Shown piece after piece: positions 39,490 through 49,167 of a DNA stretch of 64,000 nucleotides (position 1 is the stretch's first letter; each line of letters opens with the position of its first letter). Both the position numbers and the translations under genes were made by a program. Origin of the DNA: Thermodesulfobacteriota bacterium (GTDB lineage: Bacteria; Desulfobacterota_D; UBA1144; Nemesobacterales; UBA2774); assembly GCA_965216785.1 (NCBI GenBank), contig OZ244197.1, positions 1,408,001 through 1,472,000 on the forward strand, in the 5' to 3' direction. Under the pieces are notes generated by a model that saw only the letters and a program-made list of their open reading frames with translations, was not told the DNA's origin and did not search any database.

Positions 39490-40416
39490 ATGATTACTGC
39501 TCTTGGAGGAGGCGTCGGAGCCGCGAAGTTTCTTGAGGGGCTGGCCATGGTTTGCCGTGATGAAGCTTTAAATATAATCGTCAACACTGGTGACGATATA
39601 ACTCTTCACGGTCTTAAGATCTCCCCTGACATAGATACTGTTGTCTACAGGCTTAGCGGAATGATAGACAAAAAAAAGGGCTGGGGGCTCGAGGGCGATA
39701 CATTTTTGTGTTTGGAAAATCTTAGAAAACTGGGTGAAGAGACCTGGTTTAATATAGGCGACAGAGATTTCGCGACTCATATATACAGAACGCATCTTTC
39801 AGCACAGGGACAAGTTGCCTCGGAGATAGCGTCAAAAATATCCAGGGCCTTTGGTATCGACGAGCGTATAAATATAGTCCCGATGACAGACACGGGGGTT
39901 GAAACCTGGATAGTCACGGATCGGGGAGAGATGCATTTTCAGGAGTATCTGGTAAAGAATCATATGGAGCCGAGCGTAATAAAGGTATATATAAAGAATA
40001 TAGACCACGCGCTCCCGCCCCCGGGCGTGATCGGCTATATCGAAGAGTCAAAGGCCATAATTCTTTGTCCCAGTAACCCGCTGATCAGCATCGGCCCCAT
40101 CCTGCACGTGAAGGGAATCAGAGACGCGCTTAAAAAATCCGATGCCAAAATTATTGCTATAAGCCCGCTCATCGGCGGAACGTCCCTCAAGGGTCCGGCG
40201 GATAGAATGATGAAGGGGCTCGGGATCGAGGTGTCTTCCACAGGGGTCGCCAGGCTCTACAGGGATTTTCTGGATATAATGGTAATCGATGAGCAGGACA
40301 GGGATGAAGCGCCAAAGATTGAAGAGCTAGGTGTTGATACCCTGGTTGTTAATACCGTAATGTCCGATACTGAAAAAGCCTCCGGGCTTGCCCGGGCAGT
40401 TTTGGGACTCCTATGA
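39490..40416 (+). CDS. cofD: 2-phospho-L-lactate transferase (F420 biosynthesis)
   Basis: LGGGVGAAKFLEGL, NTGDD, ISPDIDT, IGDRD.ATH, HFQEY, PSNP.ISIGPIL, KGPA. Confidence 0.94.
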   Translation: MITALGGGVGAAKFLEGLAMVCRDEALNIIVNTGDDITLHGLKISPDIDTVVYRLSGMIDKKKGWGLEGDTFLCLENLRKLGEETWFNIGDRDFATHIYRTHLSAQGQVASEIASKISRAFGIDERINIVPMTDTGVETWIVTDRGEMHFQEYLVKNHMEPSVIKVYIKNIDHALPPPGVIGYIEESKAIILCPSNPLISIGPILHVKGIRDALKKSDAKIIAISPLIGGTSLKGPADRMMKGLGIEVSSTGVARLYRDFLDIMVIDEQDRDEAPKIEELGVDTLVVNTVMSDTEKASGLARAVLGLL

Positions 40417-40562
40417 GACCCCAAAATTTCAGGCTTGACAACGATATAGCATTTATGAGAGTATTAATGCGTCAATTTAAGGGGTGATAACTTGAATTGC
40501 ACGAATCCGAAGCGCTCGGGTTTGAATCTAATTTGCGGCTTTATATACTTATTTCATAGAAT

Positions 40563-41843
40563 ATGACTACATTTGAACGTGAATGGGAGAGTTTATTTTC
40601 AGAAAGCGGGTCGCTGGGAGTACTGGGACTATTGGGATACGACCGCGCAAGTTCAGCGACACTTCCCCCTGTACTTGAAGCAATCTTGGACAAAGCTTCT
40701 CTTGGCGAGACGATATGTAGGGAAGAAGCCCTAATGCTGGCAGATATGAAAAATGAGTATCTGCCGTATCTCCTTTTAGCCGCTTCCAAGCTCAGAGAAA
40801 GTGGTAAGGGCAGGATACTTAGCTATTCCAAGAACGTATTCGTACCCTTAACTCAGCTCTGCAGGAACCACTGCGGCTACTGTACTTTTAAATACGAGCC
40901 GGGAGAGGGTGAGCTGTTCATGACGCCCGAGCAAGTCGTGGATTCGGCCCGAAATGGCGCAAAGCTTGGCTGCACAGAGCTTCTTTTCGTAACTGGCGAC
41001 AAGCCCGAGCTTAAATACCCAGTATACCGAGAGGCTTTAAATAAGCTTGGCTACAATACTACTGCCGATTACCTGATCGCTATGGGCGAGGTAGGGCTTA
41101 ATGAGAATATATTCCCCCATACGAACCTTGGACTTGCTACCACAGAAGAGCTTTCCGCATTCAGGGAGACCAACCCATCCATGGGCCTTATGCTCGAGAA
41201 TATAAGCCCGAGACTTCTTCAAAAAGGACAGGCGCACTACCGCTGTCCCGATAAAGTGCCCAAGCAGAGAATGAAAACAATGGAGCGTGCGGGAGATCTC
41301 AGAATCCCTTGGACTTCGGGGATACTCGTGGGCATAGGGGAGACCTGGGAGGAGCGGATCGACTCATTTATCGCTATTAGAGATCTAAACGCCGAGTATG
41401 GTCACATACAGGAAATAATTATCCAGAATTTCAGCCCTAAAGAGGGAATAATTATGGAGAATTACCCTCCGCCCGAATTTACCGAAATGCTAAAGCTTGT
41501 AGCGATATCAAGACTAATATTCGGCGAGTGTATGAATATTCAGATACCCCCCAACCTGAACCCTGAGACTTATCCATTATTTATATACTCGGGAGTAAAC
41601 GATCTGGGAGGCGTATCGCCCGTGACGATTGATTACGTAAACCCCGAGGCCCCTTGGCCCGAACTTGAGAGAATGGAGAAACTGGTGAGCGAGGCTGGCT
41701 TTACTCTAAGAGAAAGGCTTCCTGTATACCCTGAATTTATAAACGAAGAGTTCATTGACCCGGAACTTTTGCCCAAGGTGCGGGCTTTTGTGGACGCAGA
41801 GGGTTATATGCCTCTTCAGGAGAGTGAGAATGGCAGACATTAA
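40563..41843 (+). CDS. cofG: FO synthase subunit CofG (radical SAM)
   Basis: SYSKNVFVPLTQLCRNHCGYC, PHTN.G, SMGLMLE, QEIIIQNF, QIPPNL, DLGGVSPVT.D.VNPEAPWP. Confidence 0.93.
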   Translation: MTTFEREWESLFSESGSLGVLGLLGYDRASSATLPPVLEAILDKASLGETICREEALMLADMKNEYLPYLLLAASKLRESGKGRILSYSKNVFVPLTQLCRNHCGYCTFKYEPGEGELFMTPEQVVDSARNGAKLGCTELLFVTGDKPELKYPVYREALNKLGYNTTADYLIAMGEVGLNENIFPHTNLGLATTEELSAFRETNPSMGLMLENISPRLLQKGQAHYRCPDKVPKQRMKTMERAGDLRIPWTSGILVGIGETWEERIDSFIAIRDLNAEYGHIQEIIIQNFSPKEGIIMENYPPPEFTEMLKLVAISRLIFGECMNIQIPPNLNPETYPLFIYSGVNDLGGVSPVTIDYVNPEAPWPELERMEKLVSEAGFTLRERLPVYPEFINEEFIDPELLPKVRAFVDAEGYMPLQESENGRH

Positions 41844-43032
41844 AGAGTCTATAGAAAGAATTGAAGAGAACAGACCGCTTGGGGTTGATGGAGTATTGTC
41901 CAGGGTAAACGGCACGACAGGACGCATCTTGGATAAAGCGCTCAAGGGACAAGAGGTTAGCGTAGAGGAAGGTGTTGATCTCTTTAATATCGATGACCTG
42001 GACGAGCTTTCCGCTCTGGCGATTGCAGCTGACGAAATTAGAAAAGATGACGTGGGCGATGTTGTTACCTATGTTGTAAACCGAAATATTAACTTTACTA
42101 ATATCTGCAACACTTACTGCGGTTTCTGCAATTTTATGGCTCCGGAAGGTGATGAGAGGGCATATTTCCTCACCATGGACGAAATTGCCGATAAGGTCAA
42201 AGAAGCATGGGATATAGGCGCAACCGAGGTATGCATGCAGGGTGGAATGCACCCCGACATAGACGGCCACTTCTACGTAGAGCTTATTAAAGCTGTAAAA
42301 AAGGCCGTGCCCGATATGCATACGCACGCGTTCTCGCCATTTGAGATCTACTACGGTGCGGAGTCGCTCGGCATAAGCGAGGAAGAATTTATTGAAATGC
42401 TAAAGGACGTCGGTCACAACACTTTTCCCGGAACGGCCGCGGAGATACTGGTAGAAGAAGTCAGAAAGATAATCGCTCCCCGCAAGATGCCCACCGAAGC
42501 CTGGATCAGAATCGTTAAAAAGGCCCATTTGGCAGGTATGCACACTACCTCTACTATTATGTACGGACACGTGGACGAGCCACACCACTGGGCCGAGCAC
42601 ATAGGAATATTAAGAGACATACAGAAGGAAACCGGAGGATTCACGGAATTTGTGCCGCTCAGGTTTATACCCTGGAACACCAGACTCTTTAAGCACTCTA
42701 AGGGTAAAGTGGCTGAGGGTCCGACGGACGTTGACCAGCTCAAGATGTACGCGGTCTCAAGGCTCATGCTAAGGGGTTGGATAAACAATATCCAGGTCTC
42801 ATGGGTAAAGCAGGGACCAGAATTTGCCCAATTCTCACTTACTGCCGGGGCAAACGATTTCGGCGGCACACTCATGGAAGAGCAGATTTCGCGCTCCGCG
42901 GGGGCAGGGTACGGTCAGTATTTCCCGCCTGAGGAGTTCCGTCGCCTCACAAGAGAGATCGGCAGAATCCCCGCTGAGAGAAACACGACCTACGGCATAC
43001 GCCAGATGTTCGATCAGAACGGAAACGACTGA
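41830..43032 (+). CDS. cofH: FO synthase subunit CofH (radical SAM)
   Basis: VTYVVNRNINFTNICNTYCGFC, PGTAAEIL, NIQVSWVKQG, GANDFGGTLMEE.ISR.AG; ATG 41830 overlaps the end of cofG. Confidence 0.92.
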   Translation: MADIKESIERIEENRPLGVDGVLSRVNGTTGRILDKALKGQEVSVEEGVDLFNIDDLDELSALAIAADEIRKDDVGDVVTYVVNRNINFTNICNTYCGFCNFMAPEGDERAYFLTMDEIADKVKEAWDIGATEVCMQGGMHPDIDGHFYVELIKAVKKAVPDMHTHAFSPFEIYYGAESLGISEEEFIEMLKDVGHNTFPGTAAEILVEEVRKIIAPRKMPTEAWIRIVKKAHLAGMHTTSTIMYGHVDEPHHWAEHIGILRDIQKETGGFTEFVPLRFIPWNTRLFKHSKGKVAEGPTDVDQLKMYAVSRLMLRGWINNIQVSWVKQGPEFAQFSLTAGANDFGGTLMEEQISRSAGAGYGQYFPPEEFRRLTREIGRIPAERNTTYGIRQMFDQNGND

Positions 43033-43070
43033 TTTTTTTAGAAATTGAGTAGGTTGGGATTGTTTGTGAG

Positions 43071-44396
43071 CTAAATCTTAGCGACTATTTCCCCAGTTAA
43101 GTCATAAATATCCGCAGCTGTGATTTTAATGCGTACCGGATTGCCTGTTTGAAGCTTTTCTTTACTCTCTATATATGTGAACCCGTCTACTTCGGGCGCC
43201 TGTGAAGAAATCCTGGCAACGTATTCCCCGTCTTCTTTGCCCTCGATAAAACCGTCATGGACAGTGCCTATCAAGTCCTGGTTTTTTCTGAGTGACACCT
43301 CGGACTGCGCTTCCATAAGTCTCTCGAACCTCTCGTCCTTTACTTCTTCAGCCACCTGTCCACCCATCTCACCTGCCGGAGTCCCTTCTTCCTGCGAGTA
43401 CTTAAACGCGCCCGCTCTGTCAAACCCCGTTACCTCTACGAATTCTAGAAGCTCCTCGAACTCCTCGTCCGTCTCTCCCGGGAACCCTACAATGAAAGTT
43501 GTTCTGAGCGTTAGGTGCTCTATACCATCCCTTAGCTGCTTTATGGTCTCTCTTATGCGTTTGCTCGACGTTTTTCTATCCATTGACTTAAGCACGCGGT
43601 CGTTAATGTGCTGAAGCGGCATATCAACGTAGGGCAGAATATTATTTTCAGCTGCTACAAGATCAACCAAAGAGTCGGTAACGCCCCATGGGTACCAGTA
43701 GTGAATCCTTATCCAGTCAATACTCTCTATTTGCGAGGCTTCCCTCAGCATAGTTTCAAGATCAGTCCCTATGTCCCGCCCATAGCTCGTCATATCCTGG
43801 GCAATCAGGTTTATCTCCCTTACTCCCTGCCCTGAAAGGCTATCGATCTCTCCGACTATGGAGTCAATTGCCCTGCTTTTCATCATCCCCCTCATCTTGG
43901 GGATAATACAAAAACTGCAGGTTCTGGAGCAGCCTTCCGATACCTTTACAAACGCGGTGTGCCCGGCGGTAAGCATTACCCGGGGACTGTCGGGGTCGTA
44001 TATTGTTCCTGGGGGCGGTACTGTCTTAGCTCTATCTTTTTTCTCTTTAGTCCCGGCGTCTTGCAATACTTCGTTAATATTCAGCAGGTTCCCTGTGCCC
44101 CAAAACGCGTCTACTTCCGGTATCTCCGTTTCCAGCTCATTTCTGTAGCGCTCTACCATACACCCGGTGACGATGAGCTTTTTGCAAGAGCCCGTTTTCT
44201 TGAGCTCCGACATTTCCAGAATCGTATCGAGCGACTCTTTCTTGGCGTCCCCTATAAAGCCGCAGGTGTTTACGATAATTAATTCCGCGTCCTGCTCGGG
44301 TGCGATTTCGTGGCCGGATTTTGTTAAAGTTCCGAGGATAAGCTCGCTGTCCACGAGGTTTTTGGAACAGCCGAGGCTGACTATAGATATCTTCAT
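43071..44396 (-). CDS. rimO: Ribosomal protein S12 methylthiotransferase RimO
   Basis: SLGCSKNLVDSE, NTCGFI, EGCSRTCSFCIIP, APEVDG, TRAM domain. Confidence 0.96.
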   Translation of the reverse strand: MKISIVSLGCSKNLVDSELILGTLTKSGHEIAPEQDAELIIVNTCGFIGDAKKESLDTILEMSELKKTGSCKKLIVTGCMVERYRNELETEIPEVDAFWGTGNLLNINEVLQDAGTKEKKDRAKTVPPPGTIYDPDSPRVMLTAGHTAFVKVSEGCSRTCSFCIIPKMRGMMKSRAIDSIVGEIDSLSGQGVREINLIAQDMTSYGRDIGTDLETMLREASQIESIDWIRIHYWYPWGVTDSLVDLVAAENNILPYVDMPLQHINDRVLKSMDRKTSSKRIRETIKQLRDGIEHLTLRTTFIVGFPGETDEEFEELLEFVEVTGFDRAGAFKYSQEEGTPAGEMGGQVAEEVKDERFERLMEAQSEVSLRKNQDLIGTVHDGFIEGKEDGEYVARISSQAPEVDGFTYIESKEKLQTGNPVRIKITAADIYDLTGEIVAKI

Positions 44397-45517
44397 GCGC
44401 GCCTTTTTACCGTATGGTAGACCTTTCCGGAATCGACCGTCAGGACTATTTCCCCTTTGTCTTCTTTTCCGAAAGTTTCAAATGCGACAGCCTCCAGCTG
44501 TTTGGATATTATCACGTCTAGCCCTCTTGCCCCGGTCTGTCGCCTTAGGGCCTCATCTATTATATAGTCTACTACCACAGGCTCAAGGTGAAGCTTAAAT
44601 CCCTCTTCCTCAAACTCGGTTTTATAGTGATGAATCTTAATGCGGATTATTTCCTCCAGAGTCGATTTATGAAGCGGGCTGAAAGGTATAATCCTGTTGA
44701 ATCTCGATATGAGCTCCGGCAGGAACCCGAACAGATGGAACCTTGTAATATCGTCCGCCTCTTCTTCGCTCATATTGTAGGCTATGGACTCTGTTTCGTC
44801 CCTGTTCTTCTCGAGCTTTTGCATAAACCCTACGCCCTTATTGTCTATCATGTTCCTGATACCCGAGAACGCGCCTACCGAAAAGAAAGTGACGTCTCTT
44901 GTGGAGATCATCGCCCGGGGACCCCGGCTTGAAAAACCGAAATCAAGCGGTATCTGCACGTCGGTGCCTTCAAGGATCTTAAGAAGCTCCCTCTGTACCC
45001 CGTAACCCGAAACATCCTTGGTCGTGCCCTGTCCGGCAAACCTGGCGTTTGAGTACGCGCCGGCGATCTTGTCGAACTCGTCGAGCACTATCACCCCACA
45101 CTCTGCTATGTCTATACTCTCGTTCGCGGCGTATACGAGCTGTACCAGGATGTTCACCACATCGTCGCCCACATAACCCGACTCCGTGAATTTAGTCATG
45201 TCTATTATTACGAACGGCAGCTTAAATATCTCACCGAACAATAGCTCTATCAGATAGGTCTTTCCGCAGCCCGTCGGGCCCATTAGTATGGAATTAGGTC
45301 TCGGCGGCAGCTTTGCCCGGGGAGCGTTTTTAGAGTGCAGCATCTTGAGCCTCTTTACATGCCTGTACGCGGCAAGCGACACCGCCTTTCTAGCCTCGTC
45401 CTGGCCCCTGTAACCCAGCTTCTCTAGCTCGTGGAATATATTCTTAGGAGAGGGAAGGGGAACAGTTTGTATAAAGTCTTTGACATAATATACTTTTTCT
45501 CCTCTTCGCATACTCAT
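44393..45517 (-). CDS. ClpX-like AAA+ ATPase without the N-terminal zinc-binding domain
   Basis: GPTGCGKT, ESGYVGDD, LDEFDKI, DVSGYGVQRELLKILEG, GVGF loop, TGARGL. Confidence 0.85.
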   Translation of the reverse strand: MSMRRGEKVYYVKDFIQTVPLPSPKNIFHELEKLGYRGQDEARKAVSLAAYRHVKRLKMLHSKNAPRAKLPPRPNSILMGPTGCGKTYLIELLFGEIFKLPFVIIDMTKFTESGYVGDDVVNILVQLVYAANESIDIAECGVIVLDEFDKIAGAYSNARFAGQGTTKDVSGYGVQRELLKILEGTDVQIPLDFGFSSRGPRAMISTRDVTFFSVGAFSGIRNMIDNKGVGFMQKLEKNRDETESIAYNMSEEEADDITRFHLFGFLPELISRFNRIIPFSPLHKSTLEEIIRIKIHHYKTEFEEEGFKLHLEPVVVDYIIDEALRRQTGARGLDVIISKQLEAVAFETFGKEDKGEIVLTVDSGKVYHTVKRRA

Positions 45518-45633
45518 TGTGCCTCCGAATTACTATAGTAGTAAGACCATTCCATATTATAGCATTTCTTAAGTACGTAAGCTCGTAAATCTTAACGTTT
45601 ATCTAAAGCCGATACGGCAGGTTAATAAATGTA

Positions 45634-45662
45634 TTGACTTAACTTGCTTTCATCACTATAAT
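45634..45662 (+). promoter_or_regulatory. Near-consensus sigma70 promoter
   Basis: TTGACT-17nt-TATAAT, 45 bp upstream of the ORF at 45708. Confidence 0.75.
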
Positions 45663-45707
45663 TTGTTCATATAAGTTAAGAAACTACTTTAATGGGGAGA
45701 TGGAAAA

Positions 45708-45971
45708 ATGAAGTATATCATAACAGTCGTTTTAGGAACTATGATGTTTGCCTCAGCCGCGTTCGCGGACGAGCCGGAAATTACAGAGTACAATTATAAT
45801 CCGAGTGACGCGCTCCACCCGTTCAAGCTGATTAGCCTTGCGGGAAGGCCGCCTATCGCGATTACCAACGTGTTCGTAAAGGGTACTTACTGGGTTCTGG
45901 ACGTAGATCCGATCCGTAGGGCGTTCAACATTGAGCACAGCCCCAGTTTGCATATGGACGACGATTATTAA
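45708..45971 (+). CDS. Small exported protein, unknown function
   Basis: GGGGAG SD, signal peptide ending AFA-D, own promoter. Confidence 0.7.
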   Translation: MKYIITVVLGTMMFASAAFADEPEITEYNYNPSDALHPFKLISLAGRPPIAITNVFVKGTYWVLDVDPIRRAFNIEHSPSLHMDDDY

Positions 45972-46019
45972 TCCATACCCGGCCGCGCGTTCAATTTACA
46001 TTAATATTGAGTTTGGGGA

Positions 46020-46931
46020 CTAGGTCTGCATAAACATCTCTAGTATAGCTTTGCCGGCGTGGAGCTTATTTTCGGCCTGCTCAAGCACAATTGAGCTCGG
46101 TCCGTCGAGTACTTCCTGAGTAATCTCCTCACCCCTGTGCGCCGGGAGACAGTGCATAACGTAAACGCCTGTATTTGCCGCTTCTACCAGTTCACTGTTT
46201 ATTTGATATGGTTTGAAAAGCCCGTTCCTCTTCGAGGACTCTTCCTCTTGCCCCATACTGACCCATACGTCCGTGTAGAGAACATCGGCTCCTGAGGCCG
46301 CCTCAAACGGGTCGTTAACTATATCTACGACACCGCCGAGCCCTTTTGCTTTCTCTATTATCCCTGCGTCAGGCTCATAGCCCTCGGGCACAGCCGCGGC
46401 CACGGTAAAGCCCAGCACGCCGGCGGCTCCGATTAGAGAGTTTACAATGTTATTGCCGTCCCCTATATAAGCAAGCTTGAAGTTCTGTATGTCTATTCCC
46501 TTTTCCGAAATTGTTAAGAGGTCCGAGACTATTTGCGTCGGGTGCTCAAGGTCGGTCAAGGCATTGATTACCGGGACTCCCGCATGCGCGGCGAATATGT
46601 CAATCCTCTCCTGCTCAAACGTTCTTATTATCGCTCCGTCTAGATACAGGGAAAGTATCTTGGCTGTGTCCTCAATGGTCTCGCCCCGCCCAAGCTGCAT
46701 ATCGCTTGGGTTCATGTACAGCACATGGCCCCCAAGATCATTAATCCCCACTTCAAACGATACTCTCGTTCTGGTCGAGAGCTTCTCGAAAATAAGGGCG
46801 ATAGACTTCCCGGCAAGCGTCTTGTGCTCTATGCCCGATTTCTTTTCGGACTTAAGCTCAGACGCTCTATTTAGTAGAGCGGTAAATTCTTCCCTGCTCA
46901 AGTCGAAGATGCTGAGAAAATGTCTAGACAT
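46020..46931 (-). CDS. argF: Ornithine carbamoyltransferase
   Basis: STRTRVSFE, HPTQ, WVSMG, HCLP. Confidence 0.97.
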   Translation of the reverse strand: MSRHFLSIFDLSREEFTALLNRASELKSEKKSGIEHKTLAGKSIALIFEKLSTRTRVSFEVGINDLGGHVLYMNPSDMQLGRGETIEDTAKILSLYLDGAIIRTFEQERIDIFAAHAGVPVINALTDLEHPTQIVSDLLTISEKGIDIQNFKLAYIGDGNNIVNSLIGAAGVLGFTVAAAVPEGYEPDAGIIEKAKGLGGVVDIVNDPFEAASGADVLYTDVWVSMGQEEESSKRNGLFKPYQINSELVEAANTGVYVMHCLPAHRGEEITQEVLDGPSSIVLEQAENKLHAGKAILEMFMQT

Positions 46932-48126
46932 CGCCCGCCTCTTTAAGCGATTCGTTTATAATCTTGAGAGCGGAGTCGATCTCTGTCTTCTTTACGTTAA
47001 GCGGCGGCAGTATCCTCATCACTTTCTGCTCCGTAAGTATGGTTAAAAGACCTTTATCGATCGCTGTTTCAACGATCTTTTTGGCCAAATCTTTATTCAT
47101 AAATTCTATACCCAGTATCAGCCCCTTTCCCCTTACGTCTCTTATAAGCCCCGGGTACTCGTCTTTAAGCGCGCCCAGGCATTTCAAGAAGTAATCGCCC
47201 ATTTTAACCGTGTGGGCGAGCAGTTTGTCCCGCTTGATCGTTTTAAGTACCGCGAGGCCCGCGCTCATGGAGAGCGGGTTTCCGCCCAGAGTCGTACCAT
47301 GCACCCCGGGAGTGAAATGCTTTGCTACCTTGTCCGATGCGAGGAACGCTCCGCACGGCAGTCCTCCGCCGAGAGCTTTTGCGAGCGTCATAATATCGGG
47401 CTTTATGCCGCTGTGCTCATAACAAAACAGCTTCCCAGTTCTGCCAAGTCCTACCTGCACTTCGTCCAGTATAAGCAGTACTTTGTTCTTCGTACACAAG
47501 CTTCTTACTTTCTTTAGGTATTTGGGGTCAGGGAGGATTACGCCGTTTTCCCCCTGTATCGGCTCTAGTAAAACAGCGCATACCTTCTTGTCCTCAAGCG
47601 CTTTTTCAAGCCGGGGTATGTCGTTATACGCTATTGACTTAAATCCGGGCACAAGCGGTTTATAGTCCGCCTGGTATTTACTCGTAGTCGCGCTAAGCGC
47701 GCCCATGGTCCTTCCGTGAAAAGAATCCCGTGCGTGCACAATCTTGTATTTGCCCCCGTTCTTAGAGCCCCATTTACGCGCGAGCTTAATCGCTCCCTCG
47801 TTTGCCTCAGCCCCGGAGTTACAGAAGAACACCTTGTCCGCAAAAGAGCTCTCAACGAGCATTTTAGCAAGCTCAACCTGCTTTTCTATGTGAAAGAGGT
47901 TGCAGGGCTGCATGAGCTGCATTGACTGCTCTTTAACCGCGTTTACCACCTCCGGGTGACAGTGGCCAAGGTTATTAACCGCGATCCCGGTTACGAAATC
48001 AATGTACCTCTTTCCTTCCGTGTCCCATATGATAGAGCCCTTGCCCCGCTTCATCGCGATAGGGTAGCGCCCATAGGTGTGCATGAGATATTTATCTGTG
48101 CCGGAAATTATTGTCCTGGTGCTCAA
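46924..48126 (-). CDS. argD: Acetylornithine aminotransferase
   Basis: NSGAEANE, SFHGRT, DEVQ.GLGRTG, LAKALGGG. Confidence 0.95.
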   Translation of the reverse strand: MSTRTIISGTDKYLMHTYGRYPIAMKRGKGSIIWDTEGKRYIDFVTGIAVNNLGHCHPEVVNAVKEQSMQLMQPCNLFHIEKQVELAKMLVESSFADKVFFCNSGAEANEGAIKLARKWGSKNGGKYKIVHARDSFHGRTMGALSATTSKYQADYKPLVPGFKSIAYNDIPRLEKALEDKKVCAVLLEPIQGENGVILPDPKYLKKVRSLCTKNKVLLILDEVQVGLGRTGKLFCYEHSGIKPDIMTLAKALGGGLPCGAFLASDKVAKHFTPGVHGTTLGGNPLSMSAGLAVLKTIKRDKLLAHTVKMGDYFLKCLGALKDEYPGLIRDVRGKGLILGIEFMNKDLAKKIVETAIDKGLLTILTEQKVMRILPPLNVKKTEIDSALKIINESLKEAGDV

Positions 48127-49004
48127 AGGAGTATCTCCGTTCCTATTCCGGTGTCGGTAAAGATTTCCAGAATCAGCGCGTGGTCTACAGTGCCGTCTAT
48201 TATATGTACCTTTCCGACCCCTTCGTTTAACGCGTCAATGGCGCAGTTAACTTTGGGGATCATCCCGCTTGATATCACTTCTCCTTTTATAAGCTCTTTG
48301 GCTCGTGCCTCGGTCAGGCTCGATACCAGGTTTTTATCACCATCCAGTATGCCGGGCACGTTAGTAAGGAGTATGAGTTTTTTCGCGTCCAGGGCGCCCG
48401 CTATTTTCCCAGCCACGTGGTCCGCGTTTATATTAAAAGTCCGTCCCTCATCGTCAAAGCCGATAGGGGCTATGATCGGTATGAATCCCGAATTCTCAAG
48501 CACTTTAATAAGCTCGGGGTTAACGCTCTCAACTTCGCCTACCATCCCAAGATCCGCGTCTTTTGGTATGTTGACTCCGTTATCCACCGCGTGTTTATGA
48601 ACATCGAGCTTTTTCGCGAGTATCATCTTGCCTTCTTTGCCCGATGTGCCCACCGCCTTTCCGCCCATTGAGTGAATGGCCTCGATGATCTTCTGGTTTA
48701 TCTTCCCCACGAGCACCATTTCGGCAACTTCCATGGTCTTTTCGTCAGTCACGCGGAGCCCGGCTATGAACTCAGTTTCGATGCCGAGTTTTTTAAGGTG
48801 CTCTCCGATCTGGGGCCCTCCGCCGTGGACTACCACAGGGTGCATCCCCACGTACTTCATCAGCACTATGTCGCGCGCAAAGTTATGTAGATCGTCATCA
48901 CCCACGCTGCCTCCATACTTCACCACAACGGTCTCCCCGTAAAACTCCTTAATATAGGGGAGCGCCTCTACGAGCGTCTCTGCTTTTTGTATCAGTCTCT
49001 TCAT
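48123..49004 (-). CDS. argB: Acetylglutamate kinase
   Basis: EALPYI, VVKYGG, VHGGGPQI, NINAD, GMIPKV. Start ATG 49004; the ORF-track extension to 49121 looks non-coding. Confidence 0.97.
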   Translation of the reverse strand: MKRLIQKAETLVEALPYIKEFYGETVVVKYGGSVGDDDLHNFARDIVLMKYVGMHPVVVHGGGPQIGEHLKKLGIETEFIAGLRVTDEKTMEVAEMVLVGKINQKIIEAIHSMGGKAVGTSGKEGKMILAKKLDVHKHAVDNGVNIPKDADLGMVGEVESVNPELIKVLENSGFIPIIAPIGFDDEGRTFNINADHVAGKIAGALDAKKLILLTNVPGILDGDKNLVSSLTEARAKELIKGEVISSGMIPKVNCAIDALNEGVGKVHIIDGTVDHALILEIFTDTGIGTEILL

Positions 49005-49167
49005 ATGCTCTTTCCGTTTGTAAAATAAGCTCAGTAGTATAAAAGAAATAACGTTCGATGCCAACAACTTATAATATAAAGCCCCATACTGCATACCGCC
49101 CTGTCCGTCGTGGAATCGCAAAGCGCGCGATCCCCTGTTATAATTTCCCCCCGAGGTGACACACTAA

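Noticed and set aside
49005-49121. 39-aa N-terminal extension of ArgB in the ORF track
   Set aside because: Homology starts at MKRLIQKAETLVEALPYI; the extension runs through the AT-rich divergent promoter region.
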